Source of the DNA: Marsupella aquatica
Taxonomy: Eukaryota; Plantae; Marchantiophyta
DNA: 64,000 nt
Assembly: GCA_973895155.1 (NCBI GenBank)
Contig: OZ316892.1
Span: forward strand, 9,466,283-9,530,282
Direction of reading: 5' to 3'
The translations under genes and the position numbers were made by a program. Shown here one piece after another: positions 34,605-45,204 of the stretch. The notes under the pieces were generated by a model. It was given only the letters and a program-made list of their open reading frames with translations. It was not told where the DNA came from and searched no databases. Within the stretch, counting starts at the first letter, position 1, and the number at the start of each line of letters is the position of its first letter.

Positions 34605-35560
34605 TAACCCAAACCCTACCCTAAACCCAAACCATGAAATGAAACCTTCATTAAAACCTAACCCAAATCCCTCAATCACCCTAAACCCTTACCCTCACCC
34701 TAACCAATACCCAAATCCCTCATTAAAAATTCAAACCTTTACCCTAAACCCAAACCCCTACCCTAAACCCAAACCATGAAATGAAACCCTTCATTAAAAC
34801 CTAACCCAAATCCCTCAATCACCCTAAACCCTTACCCTTATCCTAACCAATACCCAAATCCCTCATTAAAAATTCAAACCTTTACCCTAAACCCAAACCC
34901 CTACCCTAAACCCAAACCATGAAATGAAACCCTTCATTAAAACCTAACCCAAATCCCTCAAGCACCCTAAACCCTTACCCTTATCCTAACCAATACCCAA
35001 ATCCCTCATTAAAAATTCAAACCTTTACCCTAAACCCAACCCAAATCCCCCAATTGCATATAAAACCCTTACCCTATCTACACCTTACTTTACCTATATA
35101 GGCCAACCCCCACCCCTATAGTTATTCTAAACTTCACCCTAACCCCTACATTGAGGCCCTTTTTAAAAACTTAAGCAAAAATTGTACCCCCTCAATTAGA
35201 ACCAAATCCAACCCTATAGCATGTTACACCCCAACCCAAACACTTACATTAGAAACCCAACCCCTTTAAAAAACCACAATTAAACCCCCCAACTAAAAAC
35301 CAAACCCAATCCCTTTAAAAAATAACCACAATTCAACCCCTCAACTAAAACCAAACCCAACCCCTGTAATTACTCACAACCTAATGCAAACCTCTACCTT
35401 GAACCCTAAGCCAAACCCATTAATTTAAACCCTAAGCCAAACCCATTAATTTAAACCCAACCCTTTTATTCCAACCTAACCCAAGTTTTAACCCCCTTAA
35501 TTAAACCAAATACTCCTACATTAAAACCAAATATAAACCTAACCTTTGTTAACTTATATT
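34605..35560. repeat. Telomere-like CCCTAAA-rich tract including a 142-143 bp unit x3
   Basis: ACCATGAAATG recurs at 34631, 34773, 34916; many AAACCCTA/CCCTAAA motifs. Confidence 0.85.
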
Positions 35561-35969
35561 CTAGTTATCCTTACAACCCAAACATCCATTGACACCCCTT
35601 CCATGTTAACTTATGGGCACTTAACATACCTTAAATGTCGTTGTGGATATACAGTAACCTTGAAAAGCTAAGATTAAGTGCAAATTTTTAAAATTTTCTG
35701 GTCGCTAAAGTTTAAGTTCACTTAAACTTACATTTTTTACGCCTTTTAGTAAGATACGATCTTACGATCTTACGATCTTATTACCTTACGAGTTACGAAC
35801 TTACGCGGTACTAGAAGATTACGCCGTTGCAAGACTAATAGGCGGAAAGTACACTACGAGCCGCATCGCGTGAAATCTTACGACCAGAGCGAATCACTCT
35901 CTGCATGACTATTTCCGACGCTTACAAGCATCGCTCCGCTTCATCTGATCAGCATCCACCTCAAGATTT

Positions 35970-38396
35970 GTGAACCCGAGAGCTATGGCAACATTCGATT
36001 GTGATGAGGAATACCTCATTGATTCTGTGGCAATTCCAAAAGCGCTCGTCATCAGGCTCCCCAGGACCGAAGAGAGCTATGAATCATTACGCCAATCCTT
36101 GAGAGAGCTTGGACTGGAGAAATTATTACAACTACCATGGACTTCAGAGTTGGACACCTACCTGGAAGATTTTGTCAGAGGATCAATTGTCGCCTCACCT
36201 TCGCCTACTTCTATTCGAGGACGGCCCAGCAAATGGACCATAGATCACTTCGCGTATGCTTTTGGATGTTCTGCTGACGGAGAAGCGCTACTTTTGCCCA
36301 AGGATGATACATCAACTCCATACTTTTCAGGTACCCGGAATAAGAGAAATGGCTGGAATGTGAGTCAATGCAATCATTTGGAGCTAAGAATTCTTTTGGA
36401 ATTTTTGGTTCCTATTTTTCATCCCAAGAAACCAACTGTTTGCTCCATTTCTCTGGCCAATACCATCATCGCTGCGCACAGTGGTAGAGTAAAGGTCAAT
36501 TGGGCTTTGGTATTTTTCAATGTTGTGAGGGATCAACTTCGGACATTAAGGGCAAATCAATCAACTCAACTGCAAAACTATCTAGCCCAGCTATACTCCG
36601 CTTTTGATTGCTCCCTTCCTGAGGAGGTGATGGAGAGAGATTATCTTATGGAAGAAATCTCCAAGTTGTGGGAACAAGATGAAATTATGCCTACTACAGC
36701 AGAAGAGGCAAACGTCATATCGCCAGCTTCTCCAGGCAGCCGGGCAAGTCTTCACAATTCAAGTCCTTCAGATGAGGTACCCATGGACCTAGAAGCACTT
36801 ACTATAGATGCTGAGATGATAGACTACCCAGGGATCCCCTCACCACCCCCTTCCACAGGAATTGGGGAGTTTCCTATTCGACTTGCACAGGACGACTCCA
36901 ATCAGACCCTGATCAGTAAGGTGTGTGCTTTGCTCAACTGTGACTTTCATTCACTGTACGAGACCATTGAGCAATTGCGCCATGACGCAGTGACACAGGT
37001 TCCTCCTTCTGCACTTTCATCTCCGGATCATGAGAATTCGCCATCATCTTCACCTCCAGCAGAAATTCAGCTCTCCCTAGAGGAACTTTTTGCTGTTAAG
37101 ACTAGGGCTCAAATCTCAGTTCCATCCCCTACGGACTTGAAGGAGACCTCACCTACAAATTCAGAGCCTCCTCCCTGCTCATCTGTAGAACATCACTCCT
37201 GCCTTAAGATTGTCCATGAGTTAACTACTATGTTAGGCTGCCGTTCAGAAGAAGTCACCTCCATAGTCGATGAATTTCTTGATAGACCTGAACCTTCACG
37301 CTCCCCACTGCCATCCTCTCAGTTTCCCTATAGTCCTGATTCAAATTATGAGCCTACTGATAGTCTACCTCATAAATCTTTGCACCCCACACAGCACTTC
37401 TCTCAGCAAGGATTTCCCTTTTCTGAAGATTCTGAACCTCCATCCACACCAGAATACTTCTCTCCCTATGATATTCCAGTCTGTGACTCACCAGATCAGG
37501 GATTCGAAGGAGTTAATGCAGCCTTGCGATCCAACCCCAACCTTGTTGCAGTTGTCACTTCTTCTACCCAGACTCCTAGAAACGCTATCATCTATAAAAT
37601 GGAGTCTAGAACACCAGAGCAACAAGTCCAGAAGTATGTCACCACTTGTAAGGTTATGCATGCCAATACACCGCCTATAAGTGAGTTCTGGAGGTTTTAT
37701 TATTTGAAGAAAGCAAAGGCTAGCTACATTTTTGATCTCAGGATGATTGGTACCTCTCGCGTGGAGTTGGCTCAGTTTGATGAGTACTGGACAGATTCAG
37801 TCTACTTCCGACCTATACTGGCCGTTATGTTTCTACAAGGTGATGTTGAAGTTGATGACCCGGATTTAATCCTGGCCTATTTGGAAAATATAGCCGCTTA
37901 TGCTTTAGATTTCTTACTGATTTTTCTAAAACAGAGCAACAAGTCTACTACCCCTGATCACTCATATATTCCTACTGGACCCAAGGTTATCCTTACTTCA
38001 ACCACTTCTTATGAAGACAAGCAGCGAGTATGGAACAACATCAGCACGCAGCAGCTAACAAACTACACTCGCTACTTCCGGGATGTGCAGTGGAAATTAC
38101 AATCCTCCTACAACAAGATGCTGAGTACAGAAATGTTCTTACAATTCTACCCATCTGTCTACGCCAACTCGTGCAATTGTTTAGATGTCATAGGCATCTT
38201 ACGGGAAGCAATCAGAATCAACCAGTGCTTTTTGGAGAAAAGGATGCCACTTATGTATTGGGGAAGACAGATGAGATGTCTACCTTACATCCGGGATCAA
38301 CCTCACTGTGATGAAGTAAGGGAAGCTATTCGGACGCGCACTATTTGGAAAGTAGAAATTAGAGAACCAGAGGATATTCGACAACCAAAAGATTGA
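35970..38396 (+). CDS. Uninterrupted ORF of about 800 aa, unknown function, in a putative insertion (about 35636-39493)
   Basis: Intronless long ORF (first ATG at 35985) with globular N- and C-terminal parts and a Ser/Pro-rich middle. The N-terminal block resembles, from memory only, accessory ORFs of bryophyte LTR retroelements. Absent from the equivalent position of CACTA-A. Confidence 0.7.
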   Translation: MNPRAMATFDCDEEYLIDSVAIPKALVIRLPRTEESYESLRQSLRELGLEKLLQLPWTSELDTYLEDFVRGSIVASPSPTSIRGRPSKWTIDHFAYAFGCSADGEALLLPKDDTSTPYFSGTRNKRNGWNVSQCNHLELRILLEFLVPIFHPKKPTVCSISLANTIIAAHSGRVKVNWALVFFNVVRDQLRTLRANQSTQLQNYLAQLYSAFDCSLPEEVMERDYLMEEISKLWEQDEIMPTTAEEANVISPASPGSRASLHNSSPSDEVPMDLEALTIDAEMIDYPGIPSPPPSTGIGEFPIRLAQDDSNQTLISKVCALLNCDFHSLYETIEQLRHDAVTQVPPSALSSPDHENSPSSSPPAEIQLSLEELFAVKTRAQISVPSPTDLKETSPTNSEPPPCSSVEHHSCLKIVHELTTMLGCRSEEVTSIVDEFLDRPEPSRSPLPSSQFPYSPDSNYEPTDSLPHKSLHPTQHFSQQGFPFSEDSEPPSTPEYFSPYDIPVCDSPDQGFEGVNAALRSNPNLVAVVTSSTQTPRNAIIYKMESRTPEQQVQKYVTTCKVMHANTPPISEFWRFYYLKKAKASYIFDLRMIGTSRVELAQFDEYWTDSVYFRPILAVMFLQGDVEVDDPDLILAYLENIAAYALDFLLIFLKQSNKSTTPDHSYIPTGPKVILTSTTSYEDKQRVWNNISTQQLTNYTRYFRDVQWKLQSSYNKMLSTEMFLQFYPSVYANSCNCLDVIGILREAIRINQCFLEKRMPLMYWGRQMRCLPYIRDQPHCDEVREAIRTRTIWKVEIREPEDIRQPKD

Positions 38397-40017
38397 AGCA
38401 GACCTGCAATTTTGTTAAGTGTCAGAGGCAGTTTCAGTTACTGTACCCCGCTTGATTTTATTAGACATGTTTTAAGATTCCAAAACTCATCAAGTCTTTT
38501 TCAGTAGACAGCTTATACATAGGAAAACACATTGGCAAAGTCTCAATCACTTTGGATTGTAGTTAGAAAGTTAGAAATACTTTAGTTTGCTGAGTTTTTC
38601 TATATCATTAAGTTCCCGCGACTACGACTTTACGATCTTACGATATTATGATCTTACGAACCTACGTTTTTACGAATTACGATCTTACGATACTACGGTA
38701 AACTTAACTTAGTTAGTTTTAGACCTTTTCATACTTAGTTTTCATTTTTGACTTCTTGAGGGTTTTGAAGGGTCATGACTCTTCAACCCCCAAGGGTTTT
38801 TCCTCGATGTTTTTCACTATAAGTACCTTCCACTTCTAATAAGCAGCAGTAAGTAAGTCAGACATGACTTGTCGCCCCTTGGTGTTGTCCTTGTGATTTT
38901 GGACTTTTTGAAGTTCAGAGCAAGCAATCCTAGGAGGGACTTACCTCCTTCTTGTATTTTGGAACCCAAATACTTGAAGTAAAACCTCAGTTATGAATCT
39001 CGTGAATTATAATGTCAGATTCCGCTTTGGTGACACATTGTAATCTCACAAGTTCTTAGAGTTAACCCATTGAGTTTAAGTTGCATTGGAAATGATGTTT
39101 TCACCTTCATGTTGCTTAGTACCATCTAAATGCTGAAGTATTTATCCTTTTAGATCTTGACTAAGTATCACTTAGGAAGAAAGGTCAAGACATGTTGCCG
39201 GCATTTTAAAAGGATACTCCAGTATGCAGTTTAGATCTGAAAGCCGTGTGGATTTGAATTCCCTTAAAGTCATTCCATTATTGCTTATGTCTAAGGAGTA
39301 ACCTTGGTATATTCCAAACTCCCTTAAGCATACTCTAAGAGATTTTTCCTTGTGTTTTGTTAATTGCAACCTTTTGCTTAATTGATGGTTATATGATGTT
39401 GAGTTATCATCAAAAACTGCTCACCGCTGTGGAGCGATCTTCAAAGTACCTAATTAAAGTAGTCAAGATTGATTACTATGTGTGACACAACAGCTTAAAG
39501 CTTTATTTTTAGTTTATTACATCAAACCAACCCAATCTTGTTCTCAACGGGAACGAATACCGAGTTTAGAGACGTAAAAGAGTTCTTTTGGTTCTCTATA
39601 GCAAACTACAGTCGTTTGACAAACCTTAATAGCCATTTGACACCCCAAAGTGTTTTCCAACCCTGAACCGATAAGACTTGCCTCGCAAATTATTTCACAA
39701 GTTAGAGAATCTTTTTGCGAACCTACGGCCTTCGCACTTACTTCGCAAAAACAGAGGCCGAGAATGATTTTTTGGGTCTTCTGCGGGTTGTGATGGTCTT
39801 GCGAAGGGAATAGATTTGGAAGTGCCTCGCAAGTTGCAAGACTATTTGCGAGGGCACGGGCTTTGCAGTTTCCCATGCGTATGTCATCGCAAACCCGTTT
39901 TTGAACGGCGTAAACATCGGCGGGAGCTTGCATTCGGGCTCATTTCAGTTTTTGAGCAAGACGAGAAGGGCCGGGGCGCGCGCGACCGTACGAGGGAGAC
40001 TGTGAGAGAGGGGAGCT

Positions 40018-42060
40018 ATGGCTACCGGTGAGGGGAGTGGAGGGCAAGGTGGTAGTGGTAGTGGTAGTGGCAATGGGGGAAATCCAAAGAAAGAGAAGAA
40101 TGCCTGGGCAGACTTAGTGGCCCAACATCTCAGTGCTGCACAATTGGGAGAAGTGAATCTCAATTCTCCAGCAGGGTTTGCCTCTTTGAGTGCCATTCTT
40201 GGACAAGTTTTGCAAACTAGGATTGTAGCAGGACAAGCTACTAGAGAGGGGGAGGAGAGGGCCGCAGCTGAAGAGAAGGCTAGAGAGAAAAAAAGGAAGA
40301 GAGAGGAAAGAACTAAGTCGGGAGTTGCCTCTCCTCAAGCCCTAGAGAAGCAGAAGAGAAGAGAGGAGAGAGATTCAATTCAAAAACAGAGGGAGGAGCA
40401 ACGTCAGAAAGAGGAAGCAAGAAGAAAACTTCCATTCATTGCCTTGGAGACGAGTGGGACTCCAACTGAGCTTGTGTATGCAGGGGCTAAGAGCACAATC
40501 AAGCAGATTATCACAAGCAATTTCTCACAAGGCATGCAGTGGGGGAAGATTGAGAAGGCAGAGCGAAAGAGGGTCATCAACCAAATCAAGGATGCATTTC
40601 GCAATGGGCCTGACATAGATGAGCAATGGTTGGCAGATAAGATTTCAAATTCTATGTCTCAAATATGATAGCATGACAGGATGAAGATTAGAGCCCACCT
40701 GAAAGACTTGAGATCATACAGGAACTTGCGCAGACCCCTCCACTTCACCGAGGACATCTGGAATTTGTTTTACAAGATTGAGGTGCAAATTAAGGCAGCT
40801 CACGAGTTGGAAGAGTGGAAGGCCAATCTAGATCGAGCCTTGAAAGCAAAGGAGGCCGGGAAGCTCCCCCCTGACCACGACCTGAAGCCACTTGAGCAGA
40901 AGGTAGCTGAGATGCAGAAGGTGGCCGACCAGGAGGGAAAGCCACCCAAGCGTTTCACAGATGCAGCCAAATGAGTGAAATCCACCCCCAATCCAGTCCA
41001 CAAGTTGGGTCAAGGTGGGCTCCCCGGCCTCAAGTCACACTTTGTGAGTGCCTCTTGCTCCTCCCTAACCTCTCTATTCCTTTCAGAGTTGTGCAATGCA
41101 AGTGAATGACATCCCCAAATGTTCTTGTTGTTGTGCATGCTTGCTTGGTTACTAGTTTAGGGCAACTCTGACACTTAGAATTTTTGGCAAATTTTTAAAA
41201 ACTCTCGGGAACACAGTTTGCGAACGTGTTGCGATGCGCATTTGTTTGCAAACCCCTCGCAAAGTCTATCATGGACTTTTTCCATTTCAATTTTCCGATG
41301 CCTTTGCGAACAAATGCGCATCGCAAACTCCATCGCAACGCCTTCGCAAAAAATGTGGTTCGCAAGTTGCCATGCTTATAGGTTCGCAAATTTGAATTAA
41401 AAATTTTTTTTGGGTCGTGTTTAGTAGTTGAGGATTTAGGCGTCACTTGTGGCTATATATAGGGTATGCTTAAGGGCAAATTTAACCAATTTTAATTGGT
41501 TTTATGCATGGCAGTGTCGGAGGTATAAAAGGAAGATATCAAAAAAGCATATTGAGGTGGCGATAGAGCATGGACGAAAGTACCTCTTTGCGATGGTAGA
41601 CGCCGAGTTGGCTACTGTAAGTGTCTAAGTGTGAACCATATGACTAGCATGCGAACATTGTGAGTGACCCTTTATGTCTTGCGGAAACTAATGATATGTA
41701 ATGGATGCAGGATTCGGATGAGCTTGAGGGGTCGGGTGCTGATGTGAGCAGTAGTGATGACGATGAGGGGGCTACTCCTGGTACTAGTGGTGCTTGGGGG
41801 GGAGTAGTCGTGAGGTAGGTTCTTCCCACCGTGGTAGTGGTGGTAGTCGTGTGTCATCAGCACACGTTGATGACCAGGGGGAGGAGGAGGACCCTGAGGA
41901 TGAGGAGAAGGAGCAGGAGGGGCAGGAGGAGCCAGAGGAGCAGCAGGAGCAGGAGCGCCGACGGCCATCATGCACCCGTCACCAACAGGATCCCCGGAAG
42001 GATAAGGGCAAGAAGCCAGCCAAGAAGCCAACCAAGAGGAGCCGCAAGAGCCCATTCTAG
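40018..42060 (+). pseudogene. TnpA-like/accessory gene of CACTA-B (exons about 40018-41043, 41514-41617, 41711-42060)
   Basis: Collinear with 5509-3465 (LVAQHLSAAQL, AAAEEKAREKKRK, WLADKISNSMSQ, terminal RKSPF*); stops at 40666 and 40972. Confidence 0.8.
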
Positions 42061-43722
42061 TTATTTTGTAGAGATACATGCATGAGAGTGACTTGTCATG
42101 CCGGAGCTTAGGGTAGGAAGAGGCAGCATAGGTTTAGAAGGGCGGACCTAGCATCAGATATTTCCCCCCTCTTGTCCATGTATAGGGTTCTTTGAAGCCC
42201 TATCATTTTGTTCATGCTTTTCCATTTTATAAAACAACAATTTTGCCTTCCACATTGGGTCCCAAGGAAAACCCCTCGCAAATAATGTATTGAATCCTTT
42301 GTGATCATAATTTTGCAAACCCTTTAAGAACTCATTCCCATCGCACAATATAAACCCCAAGGCGTCACACTTTTTGAGTCAATTCACTTCAGAACTTCAC
42401 ATCCAAATATGTCGGGTTTTTGTGATACTTCTAGGATCGCACTTTCCTAATCGAAACCGTTCACAAACTTCTGAAATCACCGGTATCGCTCTTTGTCATA
42501 CAATCCCCATGAATACAATTGAACTAGTATCTTTCGCAAATATGATGCGATGGTAAATCCTTCTCAAATATCGATGCCCGCGCGGGACGTGTGCGTGTAT
42601 GTTTGCGAACCTTATGCGACGTATAATGGATCGCACAAGTATTGAATCTTGCAAACCTCTCAGCTTCTCAGTTTGCCATGGTGTTGCGATACCGTTGCGA
42701 TGGTCCGCGTGCGAAGTTATTAGGTTTGCAAAGTGCGAAGGTGGTGCAAAGGTGGTGCGATGCACGTATGTTCGCAATGGCCAGAATGATGAAAATCAGG
42801 GGCTTGTTAGTTGCGATGAGATTGTCTTCGCAAAACCGGCCGATAGTGTTGTAGTGTTTCCCTTTGTATTTTTCTAGAATCCAGTTTCGGGCTTCATGAA
42901 TTCATGAAGCTTTTGGCATCATCATTTCCCAGGTTCGGGCCCTTCATGAATTCATGAAAGGGAATAAAGTATACTCGGGAAGAATCTGCTCTAAACCTAA
43001 AAGAAGTGATTCAAAATGGAAAGAAAATGGGTTAAAGACAGACCACTCAATCTAAAAAAATTCCCCAAAACATAGTAAAATGAAAGCCAAAATGGTTGAA
43101 AATGCCACAAGTTCAAAAAAGGATGAAGAATATGAGGATAAAATGAGTAAAGCTCTAATCCCGAGTCCTGGTAATATTTCTGTAGGAAAAAACATATGAT
43201 TTTTGAGTGCCTGGAAAATTTGGATTAGTGAAGATGAACCATGGGGACTAAACCTAAAAATGATTTATTTCTCCATGTAAACTTGATTAAGTAGTAGGAA
43301 CAAACAACCAGAATTTAAGGGACATACTCTGAGATTACTAATTGAGTACTGCAATAAAGGGAAAAAGGAGTACTTAAGAAGCAGGCCACTAGAATACCTA
43401 TGATACCCAACGAAACTAAAAAATCACCACTCCAACAAAAGAATGAGATCCCACTTAGTACCCGAGAGCACTTGAAAATTGTTATGTCATGAAAGTCTTC
43501 ATTAAACTTAATCTTTCAAACTTGTTGATCTTATTTCATGAAAAGATTTGCCTAATAATTGAAATTTTTTTCATAATTTGTTATTTTGTAAATTTAATCA
43601 AATAGCCAAATAAGTATAAATAGGGCTCCTCTATTCATGGAAACATGTCATTTCATTTGTTTCAAGTTGAGTAATTTTTGCTCCTTTCTTTGTTTTTTGT
43701 ACGTTCAGTTCAGGTTTTTGAA

Positions 43723-45204
43723 ATGGCTGCATGTTATGAGTCAGACGATTATTCGGATGGTATTTCCGATGATGTTTCTTTTCCAGACGGTCCTTGTAAC
43801 GTTCTTTCTCCAGAACCACCTAGAAAAACCACCCTTTTAGATATGCCTCCCCCAACTCCAACGAGTAAGTTGAAACAACATTCTAGATGTGTCCCAAATA
43901 GTGGGAAAAACCTTGTTGCCCCTTCTAGAATTGTTCCTAGTGATTCTTCTGATTCATTTGAGAGCACTAGTCCCCCTGGCCGTCAGGTCCTATCCCATCC
44001 AATTGACACTAGTATTGATTTGGGTGTTCGACGCAATAGTTTTCAAGGGAGTGGACAGTTGGGAAAGCGGACTCATGAATTCATGAAGACCGATTCTAGC
44101 AAGTTGCCTAAAGCATCAATTGCAGCCTTAGCACCTGATTTTTGTGCATTTCGAAAAGGTCAAGGACTACACCAATTAAGCACCAAGAGGAGAGAGTCAG
44201 TATTGTCGACCAACATCTTTCAAATTCCAGGAAGGTGTAAGAGCTTAGACAAGAAGATCTTTTGGGAGTGAGAATAACTCTAGCAAGGAAAGGATCGTGA
44301 CGAGAAGATCACCGCCACCCTTGGATTGTTTGGGTCAGGTTGGAAGCGGATCCTTGCCAGGAAATTTGAAGGGGAAGAAGAAGGTCTTGGAAGAGGTTTC
44401 CAGGAAGAAGTTCAAGGAGCCTAGTGGTGCCAACATCTTTTGTGATTCAGATGCTAATCGATCAAACTCTGGCCTAGTGAGAGTTAAAGAGGAGCCGTTG
44501 AGTCCAGTTGTTCAGATGAAAAGGGGGACATCTGGAACCCAAGGTGATGAGTTTGTGGAGATCATATCATCTTCTAGTGAAGAGTCTTCCTCAGAGAGTG
44601 AAGAGGGGCATCTGGGGTCGCAACCTTTGGCATACAAACGCACCTCAAATGTCACTTTGTGTGAAACAAAGTTGAAAGAGGAGGATATCAAGAAAACAAA
44701 TCGTAAGTACTGCTGCCAACACCATTGCCTGCTCAATCTCTCCTGCAACAAAATTCGTGAGGCGCGTTCAAAGTTTTTGAGACAAAAATCACAAGATCGG
44801 TCTTTCTCTTTGCAGTGGCTTATCAAACGAGAAGAAAGTGAAGAAGGGAAGCAGACAGTGACTTACACATTTGGACAAAGGGTTCTTTGTTGAAAGGCGT
44901 TTAAAATTATATTTTGTGTAGGGAATCAAAGATTGCATAGAATCTTACGATTGGATAATCAAGATCTAGGGTATTCAAAACCAATTGGACGACCTCCATC
45001 GATGGCCAAATTAGTGTTGGTTAGTTGGTTGAGATCATTTTTTGAGACCCGTGTGGAGACATTACCCAATAAAGATGTTTCACATTTGCCAGACAATTAT
45101 TCAAAACTAGAGGTGTGGAAAATTTATGATTCCACTTATGTTAGCAATGATGGATACTCAAAAACATCCTACAGACAATTCTTGAAAATCTGGTCTCAAG
45201 AATT
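43723..45204 (+). pseudogene. N-terminal part of a degenerate Sola/DUF7869-type transposase-like gene, truncated
   Basis: CCQHHCL..., LC*KAFKIIFCVGNQRL, WLRSFF..VETLPNKDVSHLP, SYRQFLKIWSQEF resemble N-terminal motifs of this transposase class; several stops; the catalytic region is missing. Confidence 0.45.

Larger units (their letters stand above)
33887..42856 (-). mobile_element. CACTA-B: left arm of an inverted relative of CACTA-A, cut by CACTA-0
   Basis: Terminus CGATAGTGTTGTAGTG ending at 42856 (reverse complement CACTACAACACTATCG, versus CACTACAACACTACCG at 2820). TTCGCA repeats. Same gene order as CACTA-A, mirrored. Stops abruptly in intron 1 at the CACTA-0 terminus. Confidence 0.87.

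Noticed and set aside
34605-35560. True telomere or chromosome-fusion scar
   Set aside because: Repeats are highly degenerate and occupy the same promoter position as in CACTA-A
2820-42856. One giant 40-kb CACTA bounded by near-perfect 16-bp inverted repeats at 2820 and 42856
   Set aside because: Flanks differ (AAT versus TTT). 2820 pairs with 28819 (TSD AAT), and 42856 is the left end of an inverted sister element.
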